Shown here one piece after another: positions 9,126 through 18,420 of a stretch of DNA of 37,056 nt. The translations under genes and the position numbers were made by a program. Under the pieces are notes generated by a model. That model was not told where the DNA came from. It worked only from the letters and a program-made list of their open reading frames with translations, and ran no database searches. Every line of letters begins with the position of its first letter. Position 1 is the first letter of the stretch. The stretch is from an uncultured Nitrososphaerota archaeon (GTDB taxonomy: Archaea > Asgardarchaeota > Njordarchaeia > Njordarchaeales > Panguiarchaeaceae): the NCBI GenBank assembly GCA_964636085.1, contig CAZWPQ010000007.1:42988-80043 (forward strand), given 5' to 3'.

Positions 9126-11893
9126 TCTTCTTCCCTTTTCGTAATCATAGCCTCCATTTTGTGGGCTTTTTGGATCCCTAAGAATCTAAACTGAATCTCT
9201 CCGCCCTTATAGATCTTAATTTTGACTTTTGTTATTGATAGTGTTTTGTTTCCAAACTCATATGTGGGCTCAATTACGGACCCTGTTGAATAGATATTCC
9301 AGCCAAAAATTATGACAATATCTACATTATTACATGTGGCTATTCTCCATGTTTCATTGTACATTGGCGACTCATTAATGAGTATTCTCATGTTTCTATC
9401 ATAGATATAATTTGGTACAGATATCACCAGATTCGACTTTCCCTCCTCTAGGTTTCGTTCTTGCTTTTCAATAAACTCATAACCATCAAACATTATATAC
9501 CTATTAGGATATGGAAAAACACTAATGGACACGTTCTCTAGGGTCTCCCTGTCTATAAGACATAATGGCAGACACTCATAGCCCATTATTATGCTCACAT
9601 TTTGGGGGAGAAGGCCCAATATATCTCTATTCCAAGCATACCTGAATGCTTCAATCCACACATTGTAGGACCCATTAGAGATTAGCTGAGAGATATTAGG
9701 GGGATAATATTCATCTATTAGATCATCAACACTTGTAGCATTCCAACCTGTATCGTTCCTAATTATGTCCAATACCAGCGAGATATTTTCTGTATCGTAT
9801 CTATCCTCATACATCTCAATCAGTGAGGATGCGAGATAGGACTTAGATTCATATCTCCATCCAGGCATAAATCTCTGAATGCCACTAATAATGATCGCCG
9901 AATTATTGCCTACTTGGAGGTTGTTTTCAAGATTTGAAAATCTATCCATAACATTATTTATTTGGTTACGTACTAGTTGAATATTATCTGGCACCAATTC
10001 TAGATATCTCTCCCGTATGTTACTAGTATCATTTTTATAAACCACTTTAGGAACCATCGGGTCATATAAAAGATCCGTAAGGTTTATCATTATGCATACC
10101 GATAGGTTACTTTCAATCAATTTATCTACAACTTGCTCGCTCAATAAAGCCCCCATCGATGTTACATCTATAACAATAAAATCTATGCCAAGATCCTTAA
10201 AAACTTCTATATCCTTTTCGAGCCTAACAAGTGAGGAATCATAATATCCATCCACAGGCCTAAGCTTTGCGTTCTCCCATGGACCTCCAGGAGTTTCCCT
10301 ATCATGTGTCGGATTTATATACCACTCGTAAAAAATGCCTACTAGCTTGTTACTTGTCGGATGATTCATATTCATCGTAGTTGTGGATTTTTCCTTTGAA
10401 ATTCTGCCAGCCAACAGACCTCCTACAACGCATACAAGAATTATACAGACCACACTTATTCTTAGATTAGACTCAACTGATGTTATTATTCTCTTAGAGA
10501 TACTCCTCATGCGATATATTAATTCCGCCCTCCATGCTCGGGGCGGATGCAAAAAGGATATTTTGGATGCCATTGATTCCATATATAGTGTCTCTATGAA
10601 AAGCCAACATAGTTTAACTGTTATGAGTATGGAGAATATGGATATCATTATTATTGTAGGGGTATAAGTGATGGTATCTTTTCTTATAAAGATGCACCAT
10701 AATGTTCTCATGATGGTAAGTTTGGAGTATTTTGGAAGCCAAAGAAAGTTAATGCCACCTATTGTGGTTAGGATCATAAGAGACATAACCATGTATAGTA
10801 TCGAGTTTATCCTATCTATCGAGGATTTCTCTGGCATTGAGTATCCATAAACTATGCCAACACCGGCCAAGAGGACAAAGTATTGGGGATTAGACACTTT
10901 GTTAAGGAATAATATTACAAGCAAAGACAGAACAAATGCTTGTAGGAAGAAAATATTGTCATTTTCGTCTATAGAGAGATATTTTATCGCGATCCAAAGT
11001 AATACAACTATCATAACTACAAAAGATATAAACGTTATTATTGATGAGATCATGTCAATTGCCATAAACCCATAGGTTTGTTGGTAGGCCAATGATGATA
11101 AGCCCAAATAAATTATGCTAGGAAGACTGACACCCTGAGGAGGTCTCCCTATGTGGAACATAAATACTTGATAGATAAAATTATTGGGATGCATCATAAG
11201 AAATGGAAACGATACAAATAGGAAAGTGGAGACAGATGTAATAATAAACATTAGTAGATCTTTTATGGATGACTTCTTTATTAAATATGCCAAAAAAAGA
11301 GGAGCCAGAAGTATCGTTAGTTGCTTTACTAAAGCACTAAGCCCAAAAAAGATCGCTGCCTTTTTATTCTCTCGCTTTACAATAAAATAGATTGACCCTA
11401 CTAGAAATGCCGCTGACCAACTATCAATCATGCCCCATAATGATGACACAAATATTATGAACGGATTAAATAATATGGCTCGCTCTATTTTCTCGGCTTT
11501 ATTTTGGCCAGAAATCTCAATACCAAGCTTATATGAAAAATATGCAAGCAGAATATCGCCGAGACTGATGACCAGACCAACGAAGAACCGCTCAAATAGT
11601 AGGCCCTCAATACCAGTCAATTTTGAGAAAATCATATATAATAAGTAGCCCAAGGAGAAGATAAAGAGTGGCAAGGGGGGATATGCATACCAGTTATACT
11701 GAGAGGGATAATAGGGAATATATGCCAATAACTCCTCCTTAAGCAAAGGATCATATGGAGATATGCCATACAGCAGAAACATCTTTGCTGTCATAGTGAA
11801 TACATGAATATCCCAATCATGTGCAAATAACACAACCAGTGGTATCCGGATCAGTACAGCGATTAGGTACCAATATAGCCTTCTAAGTTTCAA
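9116..11893 (-). CDS. GT-C fold polytopic glycosyltransferase (PIG-M/GT87-like) fused to a C-terminal GH99/GH71-like domain
   Basis: About 12 hydrophobic segments with HDWD, YAYPPL, FNPFIIFVSSLWGMIDS and LNKVSNPQYF. C-terminal soluble domain with VGIFYEWY, P..GYYDS, LGIDFIVID and GWNIYSTGSVIEPT.EFG. Confidence 0.8.
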   Translation of the reverse strand: MKLRRLYWYLIAVLIRIPLVVLFAHDWDIHVFTMTAKMFLLYGISPYDPLLKEELLAYIPYYPSQYNWYAYPPLPLFIFSLGYLLYMIFSKLTGIEGLLFERFFVGLVISLGDILLAYFSYKLGIEISGQNKAEKIERAILFNPFIIFVSSLWGMIDSWSAAFLVGSIYFIVKRENKKAAIFFGLSALVKQLTILLAPLFLAYLIKKSSIKDLLMFIITSVSTFLFVSFPFLMMHPNNFIYQVFMFHIGRPPQGVSLPSIIYLGLSSLAYQQTYGFMAIDMISSIITFISFVVMIVVLLWIAIKYLSIDENDNIFFLQAFVLSLLVILFLNKVSNPQYFVLLAGVGIVYGYSMPEKSSIDRINSILYMVMSLMILTTIGGINFLWLPKYSKLTIMRTLWCIFIRKDTITYTPTIIMISIFSILITVKLCWLFIETLYMESMASKISFLHPPRAWRAELIYRMRSISKRIITSVESNLRISVVCIILVCVVGGLLAGRISKEKSTTTMNMNHPTSNKLVGIFYEWYINPTHDRETPGGPWENAKLRPVDGYYDSSLVRLEKDIEVFKDLGIDFIVIDVTSMGALLSEQVVDKLIESNLSVCIMINLTDLLYDPMVPKVVYKNDTSNIRERYLELVPDNIQLVRNQINNVMDRFSNLENNLQVGNNSAIIISGIQRFMPGWRYESKSYLASSLIEMYEDRYDTENISLVLDIIRNDTGWNATSVDDLIDEYYPPNISQLISNGSYNVWIEAFRYAWNRDILGLLPQNVSIIMGYECLPLCLIDRETLENVSISVFPYPNRYIMFDGYEFIEKQERNLEEGKSNLVISVPNYIYDRNMRILINESPMYNETWRIATCNNVDIVIIFGWNIYSTGSVIEPTYEFGNKTLSITKVKIKIYKGGEIQFRFLGIQKAHKMEAMITKREEECM

Positions 11894-12059
11894 TATCTCT
11901 TAACACCCTGGATCACATCCATATAAAATTTACATTAACAGGATAACCAATGATCCCACCACAATAAAGTAGAAAATTTTGGATATATAGGTATATTAAT
12001 ATGCACCTTATGAATGAAATTTCCTACAAAATTTTTGGCTATGATTCGGGAAGCTCCAT

Positions 12060-12983
12060 ATGGCTGAGAATCTCATCAATGTGAGCATAATAATACCGAC
12101 ACATAATGAGGAGAAAAACATAGGAAATACCTTACAGTCAATTTTGAATCAAGATAAAAATGTTAGAGTAGACAACAATATAATTCACCTAGATACAGAA
12201 ATTATAATGATAGATTCGGGATCCACAGATAATACTGTCGCTGTAGCATTGTCATACAAGCAAAAATTCAAGAAGTTCAATGCATATATGACCCATCACT
12301 TCCACCACAGCATAACACGAAATTTTGGGGCAAAAAAAGCTTCAGGGGAGATACTCATCTTCCTAAACGCCGACGCCAAACCCGCGAACAAGTATTGGTT
12401 AAAAAATCTCGTATTACCACTTCTCAAAGGTTATGCTGCATCCTTCTCTAGACAGATCCCCCCTTCTAATCTTCTTAGTGTTGATAGCCTACTAGTAGTT
12501 GCTGGTTTTCCAGATGCCTCATATAGTATAGACAAAAGTAACTATGTGGAATATTTTAGCAAATTTGGTGTCCTACTTTCCTCGGTTTCATGCGGAATAG
12601 ACAGACAAATTTTTTTCAGTATTGGTGGCTTCAATAAATATGTCCCTATAAATGAAGATCAAGAATTAGCACTTCGACTTATAAAATCTGGCCACAAGAT
12701 ATTCTATGCAGCAAATTCATGTGTTGTTCATGCCCATAGTGATCACCCAATAAAAACCCCTATACGATACTACAGGTATGGTGTTGGTTGGAAAATTATT
12801 GCCCAGCTACATAGAGATTTCAAACAAAAATACTCAATGGAAATTCCCAAATCAATTATCCAACAGATATTTACCAAAGAACTTGATGGTTCTAGGAGGA
12901 TAGTTATATCATTAGGAAGAATAAAGACATTTATCTATACAACAATAGCACTCATATCTGCTGGTGTAGGAAGATATCTTTAA
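12060..12983 (+). CDS. Glycosyltransferase family 2 (rhamnosyltransferase-like)
   Basis: VSIIIPTHNEE, IDSGSTDNT, TRNFGAKKASGEILIFLNADA, GGF...NEDQE, VVHAH. Confidence 0.92.
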   Translation: MAENLINVSIIIPTHNEEKNIGNTLQSILNQDKNVRVDNNIIHLDTEIIMIDSGSTDNTVAVALSYKQKFKKFNAYMTHHFHHSITRNFGAKKASGEILIFLNADAKPANKYWLKNLVLPLLKGYAASFSRQIPPSNLLSVDSLLVVAGFPDASYSIDKSNYVEYFSKFGVLLSSVSCGIDRQIFFSIGGFNKYVPINEDQELALRLIKSGHKIFYAANSCVVHAHSDHPIKTPIRYYRYGVGWKIIAQLHRDFKQKYSMEIPKSIIQQIFTKELDGSRRIVISLGRIKTFIYTTIALISAGVGRYL

Positions 12984-13035
12984 ATTCTCTATACTAATTC
13001 AATCTTGTAGAGTATTAAAGAAAAACACATAGTTT

Positions 13036-14253
13036 TTGGGGATGATCCTAATGAGTGAATTAAACTATGAAAAAAGACTTTTAAGTCGTCTCGTAGCCAT
13101 CAAAACTATTACTGGTAACTCGGAGGCCTACCAGGAGATAGCTTCATTCATATCGAATGAGCTTAACCAACTTGGATTAAAAGTCGATATATTCGATGGC
13201 GAGGCGGAGGCAAAAGACAATGTTGCGAGGCCTAATATTGTTTCTCGTCTTGATGCGGGGGCACCACAGACCCTCGGAATACTCACACACTATGATGTTG
13301 TCCCACCTGGATCTGGATGGGATACGGATCCATTTAATTTAGTCATAAAGACTGTTGATGATGAGGCTAGAGCCATAGGTAGGGGCGCCGCTGATGATAA
13401 AGGCTGTATTTGTGCTACTATTGCCGCCATTAAATATCTCGTGGAAAATAATTTACCATTGAAGTGGAACATCTTATTTATGTGTACGGCTGATGAGGAA
13501 ATAGGCGGTATGTATGGTGCGGGTTATCTAGCTAGAAATAGACTAGTGGATATGGATGCTCTAGTGGTTCTTGATTCGTCATCCATGGGGCTTGTTATAG
13601 GTACGAGTGGTATAATGCATGGGGATATAGAGGTTCTAGGAAGACAGGGGCATGCTGGATACATTTTCTCAAGTCAAAATGCTTTACATAAGGCCATAAC
13701 GTTTCTCAATGTGTTTCTTGAGTTCACTAACCATAGAGCCCTAAAACTAAGCAATCTAAAAAACCCAGCCGGTATACCCATACCACAAGTCTGGGGCCGA
13801 TACTCGCTGACCTGGATTAAAACGGATACAATGACCTATAATATTATTCCAGGCAGGGTTACTATTGGATTTGACATGAGACTGTTGCCTGAGGAGGATC
13901 CAAATGATGCTATTGCTGAATTGAAATCATACTTCGAGATGACGAAATATAGGCTCTCCATGGATAATGTCTTCTTAAGGATAAGGAGAGCCTTTCCTGG
14001 ATATATGACTGATAAGGAAAACCCATTTGTTAAAAAGGCACTGAAGGCCGCATTGGCCAGCACGGGTAGAACATTACCGCTAATCGGAATGCTGGGCGGG
14101 AACGATGGGGGATGGTTCAGAGATTATAATATTCCGATAATATCCTTCGGAGCATGGGATGAAAGATCAAACATCCATGGTCCCAACGAATCAGTGAGTC
14201 TTAAGAAGATAGAGGAGTTAAAGAACTTTATAATTCGCCTCGTCACGGACTAG
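13036..14253 (+). CDS. M20 family metallopeptidase/deacylase (DapE/ArgE-like)
   Basis: THYDVVP, GRGAADDKG, ADEEIGG, GRQGHAG, IHGPNE. The true start may be ATG 13051. Confidence 0.92.
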   Translation: MGMILMSELNYEKRLLSRLVAIKTITGNSEAYQEIASFISNELNQLGLKVDIFDGEAEAKDNVARPNIVSRLDAGAPQTLGILTHYDVVPPGSGWDTDPFNLVIKTVDDEARAIGRGAADDKGCICATIAAIKYLVENNLPLKWNILFMCTADEEIGGMYGAGYLARNRLVDMDALVVLDSSSMGLVIGTSGIMHGDIEVLGRQGHAGYIFSSQNALHKAITFLNVFLEFTNHRALKLSNLKNPAGIPIPQVWGRYSLTWIKTDTMTYNIIPGRVTIGFDMRLLPEEDPNDAIAELKSYFEMTKYRLSMDNVFLRIRRAFPGYMTDKENPFVKKALKAALASTGRTLPLIGMLGGNDGGWFRDYNIPIISFGAWDERSNIHGPNESVSLKKIEELKNFIIRLVTD

Positions 14254-14332
14254 ATCCCTATCGCCCAACAAGATACCAATGGGCACATAACATATTTTTA
14301 TCTATTGTTATCGATTTTTCTGGAGGGAAGAA

Positions 14333-15787
14333 ATGGCTCTTGGCTCTCATCACAGTTATGATGAAAAATACTTCATAAAATGCATGGAGTGTGACGCCCA
14401 GTTACGCGAGGCCGAAAATTCTTGCCCCCTATGCGGTGGTCTGCTTACAGTTGTTTATTCTAGCCCTACTATTAATATACGGGATCTTGGGAACATGTGG
14501 AGATATATTGATAGGCTACCAATAACGTCAGAGGAAATTATTTCCCTGGATGAGGGGCTTACCCCCCTAATACGTACGTATAGTTTGGGTCGTGTCTTTG
14601 GATTGGAGAAATTATTCATTAAAGACGAAACAAGAAACCCAACAGGCTCCTTCATAGATAGGGGTATGTCCGTGGAGATAACAAAAGCAAAAAGCAAAAG
14701 TAAAAATATAGTCTGTGCAACACTTGGCGATACTGGAGCATCCTTGTCGGCCTATGCATCTAGAGCTGGGTTAAAATCGATTATCTATGCCCCAGAAAAT
14801 GTCGACTTAGGAAAATTATATCAAATGCTTCTGTTCAATGCTGAGGTCAGGATTGTGGAAAACTATGAAATTGGATTGTCGATGTTGAATGTCCACGCAT
14901 CTAAAGATAAAATCTTCACAGTCACCTCGCCATACTACTTGGAGGGCATAAAGACCATCGCATTCGAGATCGCTGAACAATTAAAATGGACTACGCCAGA
15001 TTTTGTAGTTGTTCCTGTTGGGACTGGTGGTCTTATATCAATGCTGTGGAAAGGGTTTAAGGAGCTATTTGATTGTGGTCTTATTCAAGAACTCCCCTCC
15101 TTGATAGGTGTTCAAATTAGGGGGTCTGACCCAATAATTTCGCGCTTATATGGCACCCGGAGTAAAAGTGGATTAGATAAAATTGAGATCCTAGCTACAG
15201 ATCTCAACGTTTCAGAGCCTCCACTCGGCTCGCTAGCTTTAAGAGCTATAGTGGATAGCAAAGGCTATGGCATAAGTATAGATAATAGAATGATTCCAGA
15301 CGCGATTAAAGAATTAGCGAGAAAGGAGGGAATTATTGCTGAACCTGCGGGCGTAATATCAATTATCGCACTTAAGGAACTTGTCGATAGGGGGATACTG
15401 TCAGCTACAGATACAGTTGTAGCAATCGTTACTGGTTCTGGACTCAAAACAATAAATGTATTGATGAGTATTATACCCATAGAAAAGCTCGGAGGGAAAA
15501 TCTCCAGCGTAACACCTAGCATAAAAGTGCGCATGCTCGGCGACACTAAAATTAAGATACTACGCCTTTTAGAGAAAGAGCCCTCCCATGGCTATAACCT
15601 AAGAAAAAAGCTATACGAAAAATATAAAATCCTACTATCCATCTCCACGATATATCAACACTTACACGAACTCAGGAGGCTCGGATTCGTAACGAGAATC
15701 CCAAGCAGGAAGGGCAAAAAAAGAGTATATTATTATGTTATAACCGACAGAGGAAAAAAAGCTTTGCGAAAAATCGAGGCGCTATAG
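14333..15787 (+). CDS. thrC: Threonine-synthase-like fold-II PLP protein lacking the PLP lysine, fused to a C-terminal PadR-like wHTH
   Basis: N-terminal CxxC...CxxC, EGLTPL, KDETRNPTGSF(I)DRG, VPVGTGG, EPAG, TGSGLK. Then KILRLLEKEPSHGYNLRKKL...STIYQHLHELRRLGFV...YYVITDRG (PadR). Confidence 0.88.
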   Translation: MALGSHHSYDEKYFIKCMECDAQLREAENSCPLCGGLLTVVYSSPTINIRDLGNMWRYIDRLPITSEEIISLDEGLTPLIRTYSLGRVFGLEKLFIKDETRNPTGSFIDRGMSVEITKAKSKSKNIVCATLGDTGASLSAYASRAGLKSIIYAPENVDLGKLYQMLLFNAEVRIVENYEIGLSMLNVHASKDKIFTVTSPYYLEGIKTIAFEIAEQLKWTTPDFVVVPVGTGGLISMLWKGFKELFDCGLIQELPSLIGVQIRGSDPIISRLYGTRSKSGLDKIEILATDLNVSEPPLGSLALRAIVDSKGYGISIDNRMIPDAIKELARKEGIIAEPAGVISIIALKELVDRGILSATDTVVAIVTGSGLKTINVLMSIIPIEKLGGKISSVTPSIKVRMLGDTKIKILRLLEKEPSHGYNLRKKLYEKYKILLSISTIYQHLHELRRLGFVTRIPSRKGKKRVYYYVITDRGKKALRKIEAL

Positions 15788-15794
15788 AGACGAA

Positions 15795-18281
15795 TCAGGA
15801 TTTTATCTCAATACGAGATATCCTGTCCAATAGGCGTCTATTTTCTTCTTTTATCTTCTCTATCTCCTCCCTTAGTTTTTGGTATTCGACTCCCCTCTCA
15901 AGATGTTTTCTTATTTTTCTGGCTGTCTCCCTTGCCCGTCTTCTTATTCTCTCATCTAAATCTTCATCTGCCAATTTATCCAACATAGGCAATAGCTTTG
16001 GTGACATCATCTGCTGTGCGGCCATCACAGTTGCGTATCTTACGCGCATATTTTCGTCTTTGCTCGCATCTACTATTAAATCTATTGCTTCTTTTTTATC
16101 TGGGAATTTTGCCAAAGCAGTGATTGCCGTAGCCCTAACGAGAGTTGGTTTTCCTTTAGAGACATATTGCTTTATTATATTAAAGGCCTCATCTGTCCCC
16201 AGCTCAGCTAGTCCACTTAATGCGCCTCTCAATATCACATCATTGTGAGACTTCACCATTAATGCTTCCCTTAGGTGTTTGAATGCTTCATTCCATCTTG
16301 TTTTTCCTAGACTTACTGCTGCTTCTGCCCTCACATAGTAGCTTTCGCTATCATCTTTAAGTATTTTGGATAACACCTTTGCGGATTCCTCATCCTTGAA
16401 TAGCCCCAATGCCCTAGCAATAGCCCTCCTAACTTTGGGATGCTTTACGATTTTCTCGGCATGTATTAGTGCTTCTAAAGCCTCCCTTGTCCCTATTTTA
16501 CCTAGCGAATTAGCCGCCTCGGCACTTACCCCCCAGAATTCATCGCTAATTAAGGCTTCCCTAAGAGCTTCGATGGCTCTAGAGCTTTTATGCTTTGCGA
16601 GAGCTCTAGCCGCGAGTATTCTACAATACACACTATCGCACTTTAGCTCCTTAACCAATTGTTCGAGCTTATGTTTTATGTCAATAACAGCAAATATTTT
16701 AAAGTCTGGATCCACACATATACACTCAACTTTTTCGTCCATCGGAAAATAGAAAGTTTGTTCTTTTTCCTTCAACATAACAAGCCTTTTTTCATAGCCA
16801 TGCTTTGTTTTTATTCTTATCTCTAGTGGGATTCTATATACGTCCCAACAATCTTCGCCCTGTATCTGCTTTATGTTTATTTTCAATGCATGCATCTCTG
16901 CATCATATGAATATGAAATAGATAACTCGGGATGTCCAGCATTATATACATACTGATCAAAAAACCACTCAAAGTCTTTTCCAGTTACCTCTTCCACGAC
17001 TTTTCTGAAGTCCTCTGTATCCGCGGATTTATATTTGAACCTCTCCAAAAACCTCTTTAAAACCAGTCTGAACTTGTCCTCTCCTATAATTGAACTGAGC
17101 GTATGTAATACTAGTGCTCCCTTTGGATAACTATGAGCATCGAATAATTCACTAGGATATTTATATACCCGTGTTACAATAGGCCTTGAATATCTGCTCT
17201 TATATTCTTTCAAATATTCGTCCATATTGATTATCATCTCGTATATAAACTCATTCTTACCTTTCCAGTGTCTTCTATATAAAGCCTCTAGATATGTAGC
17301 GAAGCCCTCATTAAGCCATATATTTCCCCAATCCTTTGTTGTGACTAAATCTCCAAACCATTGATGCGCTGCCTCATGTGCTACAAGAGGCTCGCTTTCA
17401 AAGTCTATATGGGCCTTCTCGTCGTGTAATGTGTGTTCTGTTAGTATAGTAAGTGTTGTATTTTCCATACCGCCATATATGAACTCGGATACGCATACTT
17501 GTTTGTAATTATCCCAAGGATATGGAACTCCTGTATATTCCTCAAAGAACTTTATTATGTCCCCTGTTCTAGAGAAACTCCTAGATATATCCTCCTTTCT
17601 TCCCTTCGGAACCGCATATATCAATGGAATACTACCGACTTTATCCTCGATTACATCAAAGAGGCCTATTGCTAAGGCTATTAGATATGTGGAGTGAGGT
17701 TTATCCATTCGCCAATGCCATACCTTCCAGTCCCCCTCCTCCTTCTCCTCTAGGAGTCTACCATTAGAGATTACATAATATTGCTTAGGCGCATATACAA
17801 TGAATTCGGAAGTACATTTCATGTTTGGATAATCGTAAAGAGGTATCCAATATCTATTATCCTCCGTCTCGCCTTGAGACCAAATCTGGGGAACACGATC
17901 GGGATAATACTTGTCTGGTAAGACAAAGTATAGTCCCTTCTTGGGTTTCGCGGTATATGAAACAACAACACTAATTTTTTGGCCTTGTCCTAGTTCCTTG
18001 CTTAGGTATATATGTATCTTCTCGCCATCATAGCTATAATCTGCACTAACTCCATTTACCTTCACCTCCTTTATTGTCATATCCATAGCATCGAGGGGTA
18101 TATATTTTAGTCCATCCTTCAAACTCTCTAATAATAATGTTGCAATACCCTCTATCATCTTGTCATCTACAAATACCTTTATCTTCACACTAACATGTTG
18201 CAGTTTGAAGTCGGGAGATCGTGGATAATTGGGCCCATAATCTGGAAAAGCAAAATCTCTACCATGTTTCTTTATATACAT
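15795..18281 (-). CDS. pepN: M1 family aminopeptidase N with C-terminal HEAT-like repeats and coiled-coil tail
   Basis: GGMEN exopeptidase motif, HEAAHQWFGDLVT...WLNEGFATY zinc motif, SYPKGA. Repeated R..AA.ALG HEAT_2-like units; terminal heptad repeat. Confidence 0.95.
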   Translation of the reverse strand: MYIKKHGRDFAFPDYGPNYPRSPDFKLQHVSVKIKVFVDDKMIEGIATLLLESLKDGLKYIPLDAMDMTIKEVKVNGVSADYSYDGEKIHIYLSKELGQGQKISVVVSYTAKPKKGLYFVLPDKYYPDRVPQIWSQGETEDNRYWIPLYDYPNMKCTSEFIVYAPKQYYVISNGRLLEEKEEGDWKVWHWRMDKPHSTYLIALAIGLFDVIEDKVGSIPLIYAVPKGRKEDISRSFSRTGDIIKFFEEYTGVPYPWDNYKQVCVSEFIYGGMENTTLTILTEHTLHDEKAHIDFESEPLVAHEAAHQWFGDLVTTKDWGNIWLNEGFATYLEALYRRHWKGKNEFIYEMIINMDEYLKEYKSRYSRPIVTRVYKYPSELFDAHSYPKGALVLHTLSSIIGEDKFRLVLKRFLERFKYKSADTEDFRKVVEEVTGKDFEWFFDQYVYNAGHPELSISYSYDAEMHALKINIKQIQGEDCWDVYRIPLEIRIKTKHGYEKRLVMLKEKEQTFYFPMDEKVECICVDPDFKIFAVIDIKHKLEQLVKELKCDSVYCRILAARALAKHKSSRAIEALREALISDEFWGVSAEAANSLGKIGTREALEALIHAEKIVKHPKVRRAIARALGLFKDEESAKVLSKILKDDSESYYVRAEAAVSLGKTRWNEAFKHLREALMVKSHNDVILRGALSGLAELGTDEAFNIIKQYVSKGKPTLVRATAITALAKFPDKKEAIDLIVDASKDENMRVRYATVMAAQQMMSPKLLPMLDKLADEDLDERIRRRARETARKIRKHLERGVEYQKLREEIEKIKEENRRLLDRISRIEIKS

Positions 18282-18420
18282 AATTCACACCAATCCTCCC
18301 TACAATAGAAATAAAAGATGGATATACGCCCCCTCTATATATTTTGGATAATAATAACTATATAGCCAGAAGTATGACCACTTATATTTATTTTGAAACA
18401 TTATTGCAGGATGCATTTTA

